Shown here in pieces: positions 1 through 12,222 of a DNA stretch of 64,000 nt. Origin of the DNA: Eledone cirrhosa (lineage: Eukaryota); assembly GCA_964016885.1 (NCBI GenBank), contig OZ024740.1, forward strand, positions 108,810,001 through 108,874,000, read 5' to 3'. Numbering within the stretch: position 1 is the stretch's first letter; each line of letters opens with the position of its first letter. The position numbers were made by a program, and so were the translations under genes. The notes under the pieces were generated by a model. The model searched no databases. It saw only the letters and a program-made list of their open reading frames with translations, and had not been told where the DNA came from.

Positions 1-3000
1 GTCTTTCATTAGAAATATAGTAATGAAAGGGTTGATGACATAGGCAGTGTCTTTCATTAGAAATATTGTAATGAATGGATTAATGACATAGACAGTGTCA
101 TCATTAGAAATATTGTAATGAAAGGGTTGATGATATAGGCAGTGTCTTTCATTAGAAATGAGGTAAGTAAAGGGTTGATGACATAGGCAGTGTCTTTCAT
201 TAGAAATATTGTAATGAATGGATTAATGACATAGGCAGTGTCTTTCATTAGAAATATAGTAATGAAAGGGTTGATGACATAGGCAGTGTCTTTCATTAGA
301 AATATAGTAATGAAAGGGTTGATGACATAGGCAGTGTCTTTCATTAGAAATATTGTAATGAAAGGGTTGATGACATAGGCAGTCTATTTCATTAGAAATA
401 TAGTAATGAAAGGGTTGATGACATAGGCAGTGTCTTTCTTTAGAAATATAGTAATGAAAGGGTTGATGACATAGGCAGTGTCTTTCATTAGAAATATAGT
501 AATGAAAGGGTTGATGACATAGGCAGTGTCTTTCATTAGAAATATAGTAATGAAAGAGTTGATGACATAGGCTGTGTCTTTCATTAGAAATATTGTAATG
601 AAAGGGTTGATGACATAGGCAGTGTCTTTCATTAGAAATATAGTAATGAAAGAGTTGATGACATAGGCAGTGTCTTTCTTTAGAAATATAGTAATGAAAG
701 GGTTGATGACATAGGCAGTGTCTTTCATTAGAAATATAGTAATGAAAGGGTTGATGACATAGGCAGTGTCTTTCATTAGAAATATTGTAATGAAAGGGTT
801 GATGACATAGGCAGTCTATTTCATTAGAAATATAGTAATGAAAGGGTTGATGACATAGGCAGTGTCTTTCTTTAGAAATATAGTAATGAAAGGGTTGATG
901 ACATAGGCAGTGTCTTTCATTAGAAATATTGTAATGAAAGGGTTGATGACATAGGCAGTGTCTTTCATTAGAAATATAGTAATGAAAGGGTTGATGACAT
1001 AGGCAGTGTCATCATTAGAAATATAGTAATGAAAGGGTTGATGACATAGGCAGTGTCTTTCATTAGAAATATAGTAATGAAAGGGTTGATGACATAAGCA
1101 GTGTCTTTCATTAGAAATATAGTAATGAAAGGGTTGATGACATAGGCAATATCATCATTAGAAATATAGTAATGAAAGGGTTGATGACATAGGCAGTGTC
1201 TTTCATTAGAAATATAGTAATGAAAGGGTTGATGACATAGGCAGTGTCTTTCATTAGAAATGAGGTAAGTAAAGGGTTGATGACATAGTCAGTGTCTTTC
1301 ATTAGAAATATTGTAATGAATGGATTAATGACATAGGCAGTGTCTTTCATTAGAAATATAGTAATGAAAGGGTTGATGACATAGGCAGTGTCTTTCATTA
1401 GAAATATAGTAATGAAAGGGTTGATGACATAGGCAGTGTCTTTCATTAGAAATATTGTAATGAAAGGGTTGATGACATAGGCAGTCTATTTCATTAGAAA
1501 TATAGTAATGAAAGGGTTGATGACATAGGCAGTGTCTTTCTTTAGAAATATAGTAATGAAAGGGTTGATGACATAGGCAGTGTCTTTCATTAGAAATATA
1601 GTAATGAAAGGGTTGATGACATAGGCAGTGTCTTTCATTAGAAATATAGTAATGAAAGGGTTGATGACATAAGCAGTGTCTTTCATTAGAAATATAGTAA
1701 TGAAAGGGTTGATGACATAGGCAATATCATCATTAGAAATATAGTAATGAAAGGGTTGATGACATAGGCAGTGTCTTTCATTAGAAATATAGTAATGAAA
1801 GAGTTGATGACATAGGCTGTGTCTTTCATTAGAAATATTGTAATGAAAGGGTTGATGACATAGGCAGTGTCTTTCATTAGAAATATTGTAATGAAAGGGT
1901 TGATGACATAGGCAGTGTCTTTCATTAGAAATATAGTAATGAAAGGGTTGATGACATAGGCAGTGTCATCATTAGAAATATAGTAATGAAAGGGTTGATG
2001 ACATAGGCAGTGTCTTTCATTAGAAATATAGTAATGAAAGGGTTGATGACATAAGCAGTGTCTTTCATTAGAAATATAGTAATGAAAGGGTTGATGACAT
2101 AGGCAATATCATCATTAGAAATATAGTAATGAAAGGGTTGATGACATAGGCAGTGTCTTTCATTAGAAATATAGTAATGAAAGAGTTGATGACATAGGCT
2201 GTGTCTTTCATTAGAAATATTGTAATGAAAGGGTTGATGACATAGGCAGTGTCTTTCATTAGAAATATAGTAATGAAAGGGTTGATGACATAGGCAGTGT
2301 CTTTCATTAGAAATATTGTAATGAATGGATTAATGACATAGACAGTGTCATCATTAGAAATATTGTAATGAAAGGGTTGATGATATAGGCAGTGTCTTTC
2401 ATTAGAAATGAGGTAAGTAAAGGGTTGATGACATAGGCAGTGTCTTTCATTAGAAATATTGTAATGAATGGATTAATGACATAGGCAGTGTCTTTCATTA
2501 GAAATATAGTAATGAAAGGGTTGATGACATAGGCAGTGTCTTTCATTAGAAATATAGTAATGAAAGGGTTGATGACATAGGCAGTGTCTTTCATTAGAAA
2601 TATTGTAATGAAAGGGTTGATGACATAGGCAGTCTATTTCATTAGAAATATAGTAATGAAAGGGTTGATGACATAGGCAGTGTCTTTCTTTAGAAATATA
2701 GTAATGAAAGGGTTGATGACATAGGCAGTGTCTTTCACTAGAAATATAGTAATGAAAGGGTTGATGACATAGGCAGTGTCTTTCATTAGAAATATAGTAA
2801 TGAAAGAGTTGATGACATAGGCTGTGTCTTTCATTAGAAATATTGTAATGAAAGGGTTGATGACATAGGCAGTGTCTTTCATTAGAAATATAGTAATGAA
2901 AGAGTTGATGACGTAGGCAGTGTCTTTCTTTAGAAATATAGTAATGAAAGGGTTGATGACATAGGCAGTGTCTTTCATTAGAAATATAGTAATGAAAGGG

Positions 3001-6000
3001 TTGATGACATAGGCAGTGTCTTTCATTAGAAATATTGTAATGAAAGGGTTGATGACATAGGCAGTCTATTTCATTAGAAATATAGTAATGAAAGGGTTGA
3101 TGACATAGGCAGTGTCTTTCTTTAGAAATATAGTAATGAAAGGGTTGATGACATAGGCAGTGTCTTTCATTAGAAATATTGTAATGAAAGGGTTGATGAC
3201 ATAGGCAGTGTCTTTCATTAGAAATATAGTAATGAAAGGGTTGATGACATAGGCAGTGTCATCATTAGAAATATAGTAATGAAAGGGTTGATGACATAGG
3301 CAGTGTCTTTCATTAGAAATATAGTAATGAAAGGGTTGATGACATAAGCAGTGTCTTTCATTAGAAATATAGTAATGAAAGGGTTGATGACATAGGCAAT
3401 ATCATCATTAGAAATATAGTAATGAAAGGGTTGATGACATAGGCAGTGTCTTTCATTAGAAATATAGTAATGAAAGAGTTGATGACATAGGCTGTGTCTT
3501 TCATTAGAAATATTGTAATGAAAGGGTTGATGACATAGGCAGTGTCTTTCATTAGAAATATAGTAATGAAAGGGTTGATGACATAGGCAGTGTCTTTCAT
3601 TAGAAATATTGTAATGAATGGATTAATGACATAGGCAGTGTCATCATTAGAAATATTGTAATGAAAGGGTTGATGACATAGGCAGTGTCTTTCATTAGAA
3701 ATGAGGTAAGTAAAGGGTTGATGACATAGGCAGTGTCTTTCATTAGAAATATTGTAATGAAAGGATTAATGACATAGGCAGTGTCTTTCATTAGAAATAT
3801 AGTAATGAAAGGGTTGATGACATAGGCAGTGTCTTTCATTAGAAATATAGTAATGAAAGGGTTGATGACATAGGCAGTGTCTTTCATTAGAAATATTGTA
3901 ATGAAAGGGTTGATGACATAGGCAGTCTATTTCATTAGAAATATAGTAATGAAAGGGTTGATGACATAAGCAGTGTCTTTCATTAGAAATATAGTAATGA
4001 AAGGGTTGATGACATAGGCAATATCATCATTAGAAATATAGTAATGAAAGGGTTGATGACATAGGCAGTGTCTTTCATTAGAAATATAGTAATGAAAGAG
4101 TTGATGACATAGGCTGTGTCTTTCATTAGAAATATTGTAATGAAAGGGTTGATGACATAGGCAGTGTCTTTCATTAGAAATATAGTAATGAAAGGGTTGA
4201 TGACATAGGCACTGTCTTTCATTAGAAATATTGTAATGAATGGATTAATGACATAGGCAGTGTCATCATTAGAAATATTGTAATGAAAGGGTTGATGACA
4301 TAGGCAGTGTCTTTCATTAGAAATGAGGTAAGTAAAGGGTTGATGACATAGGCAGTGTCTTTCATTAGAAATATTGTAATGAATGGATTAATGACATAGG
4401 CAGTGTCTTTCATTAGAAATATAGTAATGAAAGGGTTGATGACATAGGCAGTGTCTTTCATTAGAAATATAGTAATGAAAGGGTTGATGACATAGGCAGT
4501 GTCTTTCATTAGAAATATTGTAATGAAAGGGTTGATGACATAGGCAGTCTATTTCATTAGAAATATAGTAATGAAAGGGTTGATGACATAGGCAGTGTCT
4601 TTCTTTAGAAATATAGTAATGAAAGGGTTGATGACATAGGCAGTGTCATTCATTAGAAATATAGTAATGAAAGGGTTGATGACATAGGCAGTGTCTTTCA
4701 TTAGAAATATAGTAATGAAAGAGTTGATGACATAGGCTGTGTCTTTCATTAGAAATATTGTAATGAAAGGGTTGATGACATAGGCAGTGTCTTTCATTAG
4801 AAATATAGTAATGAAAGAGTTGATGACATAGGCAGTGTCTTTCATTAGAAATATAGTAATGAAAGGGTTGATGACATAGGCAGTGTCATCATTAGAAATA
4901 TAGTAATGAAAGGGTTGATGACATAGGCAGTGTCTTTCATTAGAAATATAGTAATGAAAGGGTTGATGACATAAGCAGTGTCTTTCATTAGAAATATAGT
5001 AATGAAAGGGTTGATGACATAGGCAATATCATCATTAGAAATATAGTAATGAAAGGGTTGATGACATAGGCAGTGTCTTTCATTAGAAATATAGTAATGA
5101 AAGAGTTGATGACATAGGCTGTGTCTTTCATTAGAAATATTGTAATGAAAGGGTTGATGACATAGGCAGTGTCTTTCATTAGAAATATAGTAATGAAAGG
5201 GTTGATGACATAGGCAGTGTCTTTCATTAGAAATATTGTAATGAATGGATTAATGACATAGGCAGTGTCATCATTAGAAATATTGTAATGAAAGGGTTGA
5301 TGACATAGGCAGTGTCTTTCATTAGAAATGAGGTAAGTAAAGGGTTGATGACATAGTCAGTGTCTTTCATTAGAAATATTGTAATGAATGGATTAATGAC
5401 ATAGGCAGTGTCTTTCATTAGAAATATAGTAATGAAAGGGTTGATGACATAGGCAGTGTCTTTCATTAGAAATATAGTAATGAAAGGGTTGATGACATAG
5501 GCAGTGTCTTTCATTAGAAATATTGTAATGAAAGGGTTGATGACATAGGCAGTCTATTTCATTAGAAATATAGTAATGAAAGGGTTGATGACATAGGCAG
5601 TGTCTTTCTTTAGAAATATAGTAATGAAAGGGTTGATGACATAGGCAGTGTCTTTCATTAGAAATATAGTAATGAAAGGGTTGATGACATAGGCAGTGTC
5701 TTTCATTAGAAATATAGTAATGAAAGGGTTGATGACATAAGCAGTGTCTTTCATTAGAAATATAGTAATGAAAGGGTTGATGACATAGGCAATATCATCA
5801 TTAGAAATATAGTAATGAAAGGGTTGATGACATAGGCAGTGTCTTTCATTAGAAATATAGTAATGAAAGAGTTGATGACATAGGCTGTGTCTTTCATTAG
5901 AAATATTGTAATGAAAGGGTTGATGACATAGGCAGTGTCTTTCATTAGAAATATTGTAATGAAAGGGTTGATGACATAGGCAGTGTCTTTCATTAGAAAT

Positions 6001-9000
6001 ATAGTAATGAAAGGGTTGATGACATAGGCAGTGTCATCATTAGAAATATAGTAATGAAAGGGTTGATGACATAGGCAGTGTCTTTCATTAGAAATATAGT
6101 AATGAAAGGGTTGATGACATAAGCAGTGTCTTTCATTAGAAATATAGTAATGAAAGGGTTGATGACATAGGCAATATCATCATTAGAAATATAGTAATGA
6201 AAGGGTTGATGACATAGGCAGTGTCTTTCATTAGAAATATAGTAATGAAAGAGTTGATGACATAGGCTGTGTCTTTCATTAGAAATATTGTAATGAAAGG
6301 GTTGATGACATAGGCAGTGTCTTTCATTAGAAATATAGTAATGAAAGGGTTGATGACATAGGCAGTGTCTTTCATTAGAAATATTGTAATGAATGGATTA
6401 ATGACATAGACAGTGTCATCATTAGAAATATTGTAATGAAAGGGTTGATGACATAGGCAGTGTCTTTCATTAGAAATGAGGTAAGTAAAGGGTTGATGAC
6501 ATAGGCAGTGTCTTTCATTAGAAATATTGTAATGAATGGATTAATGACATAGGCAGTGTCTTTCATTAGAAATATAGTAATGAAAGGGTTGATGACATAG
6601 GCAGTGTCTTTCATTAGAAATATAGTAATGAAAGGGTTGATGACATAGGCAGTGTCTTTCATTAGAAATATTGTAATGAAAGGGTTGATGACATAGGCAG
6701 TCTATTTCATTAGAAATATAGTAATGAAAGGGTTGATGACATAGGCAGTGTCTTTCTTTAGAAATATAGTAATGAAAGGGTTGATGACATAGGCAGTGTC
6801 TTTCATTAGAAATATAGTAATGAAAGGGTTGATGACATAGGCAGTGTCTTTCATTAGAAATATAGTAATGAAAGAGTTGATGACATAGGCTGTGTCTTTC
6901 ATTAGAAATATTGTAATGAAAGGGTTGATGACATAGGCAGTGTCTTTCATTAAAAATATAGTAATGAAAGAGTTGATGACATAGGCAGTGTCTTTCTTTA
7001 GAAATATAGTAATGAAAGGGTTGATGACATAGGCAGTGTCTTTCATTAGAAATATAGTAATGAAAGGGTTGATGACATAGGAAGTGTCTTTCATTAGAAA
7101 TATTGTAATGAAAGGGTTGATGACATAGGCAGTCTATTTCATTAGAAATATAGTAATGAAAGGGTTGATGACATAGGCAGTGTCTTTCTTTAGAAATATA
7201 GTAATGAAAGGGTTGATGACATAGGCAGTGTCTTTCAATGAAAGGGTTGATGACATAGGCAGTGTCTTTCATTAGAAATATAGTAATGAAAGGGTTGATG
7301 ACATAAGCAGTGTCTTTCATTAGAAATATAGTGATGAAAGGGTTGATGACATAGGCAATATCATCATTAGAAATATAGTAATGAAAGGGTTGATGACATA
7401 GGCAGTGTCTTTCATTAGAAATATAGTAATGAAAGAGTTGATGACATAGGCTGTGTCTTTCATTAGAAATATTGTAATGAAAGGGTTGATGACATAGGCA
7501 GTGTCTTTCATTAGAAATATTGTAATGAAAGGGTTGATGACATAGGCAGTGTCTTTCATTAGAAATATAGTAATGAAAGGGTTGATGACATAGGTAATAT
7601 CATCATTAGAAATATAGTAATGAAAGGGTTGATGACATAGGCTGTGTCTTTCATTAGAAATATTGTAATGAATGGATTAATGACATAGACAGTGTCATCA
7701 TTAGAAATATTGTAATGAAAGGGTTGATGACATAGGCAGTGTCTTTCATTAGAAATGAGGTAAGTAAAGGGTTGATGACATAGGCAGTGTCTTTCATTAG
7801 AAATATTGTAATGAATGGATTAATGACATAGGCAGTGTCTTTCATTAGAAATATAGTAATGAAAGGGTTGATGACATAGGCAGTGTCTTTCATTAGAAAT
7901 ATAGTAATGAAAGGGTTGATGACATAGGCAGTGTCTTTCATTAGAAATATAGTAATGAAAGGGTTGATGACATAGGCAGTGTCTTTCATTAGAAATATAG
8001 TAATGAAAGAGTTGATGACATAGGCTGTGTGTTTCATTAGAAATATTGTAATGAAAGGGTTGATGACATAGGCAGTGTCTTTCATTAGAAATATAGTAAT
8101 GAAAGAGTTGATGACATAGGCAGTGTCTTTCATTAGAAATATAGTAATGAAAGGGTTGATGACATAGGCAGTGTCATCATTAGAAATATAGTAATGAAAG
8201 GGTTGATGACATAGGCAGTGTCTTTCATTAGAAATATAGTAATGAAAGGGTTGATGACATAAGCAGTGTCTTTCATTAGAAATATAGTAATGAAAGGGTT
8301 GATGACATAGGCAATATCATCATTAGAAATATAGTAATGAAAGGGTTGATGACATAGGCAGTGTCTTTCATTAGAAATATAGTAATGAAAGAGTTGATGA
8401 CATAGGCTGTGTCTTTCATTAGAAATATTGTAATGAAAGGGTTGATGACATAGGCAGTGTCTTTCATTAGAAATATAGTAATGAAAGGGTTGATGACATA
8501 GGCAGTGTCTTTCATTAGAAATATTGTAATGAATGGATTAATGACATAGGCAGTGTCATCATTAGAAATATTGTAATGAAAGGGTTGATGACATAGGCAG
8601 TGTCTTTCATTAGAAATGAGGTAAGTAAAGGGTTGATGACATAGTCAGTGTCTTTCATTAGAAATATTGTAATGAATGGATTAATGACATAGGCAGTGTC
8701 TTTCATTAGAAATATAGTAATGAAAGGGTTGATGACATAGGCAGTGTCTTTCATTAGAAATATAGTAATGAAAGGGTTGATGACATAGGCAGTGTCTTTC
8801 ATTAGAAATATTGTAATGAAAGGGTTGATGACATAGGCAGTCTATTTCATTAGAAATATAGTAATGAAAGGGTTGATGACATAGGCAGTGTCTTTCTTTA
8901 GAAATATAGTAATGAAAGGGTTGATGACATAGGCAGTGTCTTTCATTAGAAATATAGTAATGAAAGGGTTGATGACATAGGCAGTGTCTTTCATTAGAAA

Positions 9001-11958
9001 TATAGTAATGAAAGGGTTGATGACATAAGCAGTGTCTTTCATTAGAAATATAGTAATGAAAGGGTTGATGACATAGGCAATATCATCATTAGAAATATAG
9101 TAATGAAAGGGTTGATGACATAGGCAGTGTCTTTCATTAGAAATATAGTAATGAAAGAGTTGATGACATAGGCTGTGTCTTTCATTAGAAATATTGTAAT
9201 GAAAGGGTTGATGACATAGGCAGTGTCTTTCATTAGAAATATTGTAATGAAAGGGTTGATGACATAGGCAGTGTCTTTCATTAGAAATATAGTAATGAAA
9301 GGGTTGATGACATAGGCAGTGTCATCATTAGAAATATAGTAATGAAAGGGTTGATGACATAGGCAGTGTCTTTCATTAGAAATATAGTAATGAAAGGGTT
9401 GATGACATAAGCAGTGTCTTTCATTAGAAATATAGTAATGAAAGGGTTGATGACATAGGCAATATCATCATTAGAAATATAGTAATGAAAGGGTTGATGA
9501 CATAGGCAGTGTCTTTCATTAGAAATATAGTAATGAAAGAGTTGATGACATAGGCTGTGTCTTTCATTAGAAATATTGTAATGAAAGGGTTGATGACATA
9601 GGCAGTGTCTTTCATTAGAAATATAGTAATGAAAGGGTTGATGACATAGGCAGTGTCTTTCATTAGAAATATTGTAATGAATGGATTAATGACATAGACA
9701 GTGTCATCATTAGAAATATTGTAATGAAAGGGTTGATGACATAGGCAGTGTCTTTCATTAGAAATGAGGTAAGTAAAGGGTTGATGACATAGGCAGTGTC
9801 TTTCATTAGAAATATTGTAATGAATGGATTAATGACATAGGCAGTGTCTTTCATTAGAAATATAGTAATGAAAGGGTTGATGACATAGGCAGTGTCTTTC
9901 ATTAGAAATATAGTAATGAAAGGGTTGATGACATAGGCAGTGTCTTTCATTAGAAATATTGTAATGAAAGGGTTGATGACATAGGCAGTCTATTTCATTA
10001 GAAATATAGTAATGAAAGGGTTGATGACATAGGCAGTGTCTTTCTTTAGAAATATAGTAATGAAAGGGTTGATGACATAGGCAGTGTCTTTCATTAGAAA
10101 TATAGTAATGAAAGGGTTGATGACATAGGCAGTGTCTTTCATTAGAAATATAGTAATGAAAGAGTTGATGACATAGGCTGTGTCTTTCATTAGAAATATT
10201 GTAATGAAAGGGTTGATGACATAGGCAGTGTCTTTCATTAAAAATATAGTAATGAAAGAGTTGATGACATAGGCAGTGTCTTTCTTTAGAAATATAGTAA
10301 TGAAAGGGTTGATGACATAGGCAGTGTCTTTCATTAGAAATATAGTAATGAAAGGGTTGATGACATAGGAAGTGTCTTTCATTAGAAATATTGTAATGAA
10401 AGGGTTGATGACATAGGCAGTCTATTTCATTAGAAATATAGTAATGAAAGGGTTGATGACATAGGCAGTGTCTTTCTTTAGAAATATAGTAATGAAAGGG
10501 TTGATGACATAGGCAGTGTCTTTCATTAGAAATATAGTAATGAAAGGGTTGATAACATAGGCAGTGTCTTTCATTAGAAATATAGTAATGAAAGGGTTGA
10601 TGACATAAGCAGTGTCTTTCATTAGAAATATAGTAATGAAAGGGTTGATGACATAGGCAATATCATCATTAGAAATATAGTAATGAAAGGGTTGATGACA
10701 TAGGCAGTGTCTTTCATTAGAAATATAGTAATGAAAGAGTTGATGACATAGGCTGTGTCTTTCATTAGAAATATTGTAATGAAAGGGTTGATGACATAGG
10801 CAGTGTCTTTCATTAGAAATATTGTAATGAAAGGGTTGATGACATAGGCAGTGTCTTTCATTAGAAATATAGTAATGAAAGGGTTGATGACATAGGCAGT
10901 GTCATCATTAGAAATATAGTAATGAAAGGGTTGATGACATAGGCAGTGTCTTTCATTAGAAATATAGTAATGAAAGGGTTGATGACATAAGCAGTGTCTT
11001 TCATTAGAAATATAGTAATGAAAGGGTTGATGACATAAGCAGTGTCTTTCATTAGAAATATTGTAATGAATGGATTAATGACATAGACAGTGTCATCATT
11101 AGAAATATTGTAATGAAAGGGTTGATGACATAGGCAGTGTCTTTCATTAGAAATATAGTAATGAAAGGGTTGATGACATAGGCAGTGTCTTTCATTAGAA
11201 ATATTGTAATGAAAGGGTTGATGACATAGGCAGTCTATTTCATTAGAAATATAGTAATGAAAGGGTTGATGACATAGGCAGTGTCTTTCTTTAGAAATAT
11301 AGTAATGAAAGGGTTGATGACATAGGCAGTGTCTTTCATTAGAAATATAGTAATGAAAGGGTTGATGACATAGGCAGTGTCTTTCATTAGAAATATAGTA
11401 ATGAAAGAGTTGATGACATAGGCTGTGTCTTTCATTAGAAATATTGTAATGAAAGGGTTGATGACATAGGCAGTGTCTTTCATTAAAAATATAGTAATGA
11501 AAGAGTTGATGACATAGGCAGTGTCTTTCTTTAGAAATATAGTAATGAAAGGGTTGATGACATAGGCAGTGTCTTTCATTAGAAATATAGTAATGAAAGG
11601 GTTGATGACATAGGAAGTGTCTTTCATTAGAAATATTGTAATGAAAGGGTTGATGACATAGGCAGTCTATTTCATTAGAAATATAGTAATGAAAGGGTTG
11701 ATGACATAGGCAGTGTCTTTCTTTAGAAATATAGTAATGAAAGGGTTGATGACATAGGCAGTGTCTTTCAATGAAAGGGTTGATGACATAGGCAGTGTCT
11801 TTCATTAGAAATATAGTAATGAAAGGGTTGATGACATAAGCAGTGTCTTTCATTAGAAATATAGTGATGAAAGGGTTGATGACATAGGCAATATCATCAT
11901 TAGAAATATAGTAATGAAAGGGTTGATGACATAGGCAGTGTCTTTCATTAGAAATATA
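1..11958. repeat. 48-bp tandem satellite array, left of the retrotransposon (continues beyond window start)
   Basis: Continuous head-to-tail copies of CATTAGAAATAT(A/T)GTAATGAAAGGGTTGATGACATAGGCAGTGTCTTT, with recurrent 47-bp variants (GTCATCATT) and two 34-bp deletion units (about 7237 and 11770). The satellite match ends at ...TTAGAAATATA (11958). Confidence 0.99.
4850..10500. repeat. Satellite block duplication, offset 3,288 bp
   Basis: ORF and variant pattern pairs 4988/8276, 5554/8842, 6136/9424, 6702/9990, with shared rare variants TAGTCAG, TTAAAAAT and GGAAGTG. Boundaries approximate. Confidence 0.85.
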
Positions 11959-12222
11959 TATTTCTTTTATTTGCCACTAGGGCATCAAAAGTGGGACAAG
12001 TACAAAGGGGGGAGTTTACACAAAAAGGCGTCCTCAATAAGGAGAAGGCAATAACAAAATATAAAAATAAAATAAGATATAACAAAAAATAAAATTTTTA
12101 ACAAAATCCTCAATAGAGAGGAGGCGCCTTGGGGGGTCGCACACACCCCCGAAAAAAGTGTGCAACCCTTCTCCTCAGGAGCACAGAGAAGGGGTGCTCC
12201 CTTGGTCTTTCATCTTCCTCAC
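11959..12222 (-). other. LINE 3' UTR (about 264 nt) with paired structural motifs and a U-rich tract
   Basis: Lies between the ORF2 stop (12223) and the left junction. Interlocked complementary segments at 12132-12163 and 12166-12200. A TCCTCAATA repeat at 12031 and 12107. The sense strand is U-rich at 12050-12106. Confidence 0.8.
11966..11971 (-). terminator. Polyadenylation signal AATAAA at LINE 3' end
   Basis: Plus-strand TTTATT reads AATAAA on the element sense strand, about 7 nt from the 3' junction. Confidence 0.6.

Noticed and set aside
6541-11853. His/Cys-rich (ERHCLCHQPFHYYISN)n ORFs resembling a metal-binding repeat protein
   Set aside because: This is the second open frame of the same satellite, entered only through the 14-bp deletion monomers. 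The spacing matches no zinc-finger consensus I recognise.
11972-11994. Third small pseudoknot or hairpin at the extreme 3' end (TGCC/GGCA, CCACT/AGTGG)
   Set aside because: The stems are only 4-5 bp and overlap each other, too weak to distinguish from chance without covariation data.
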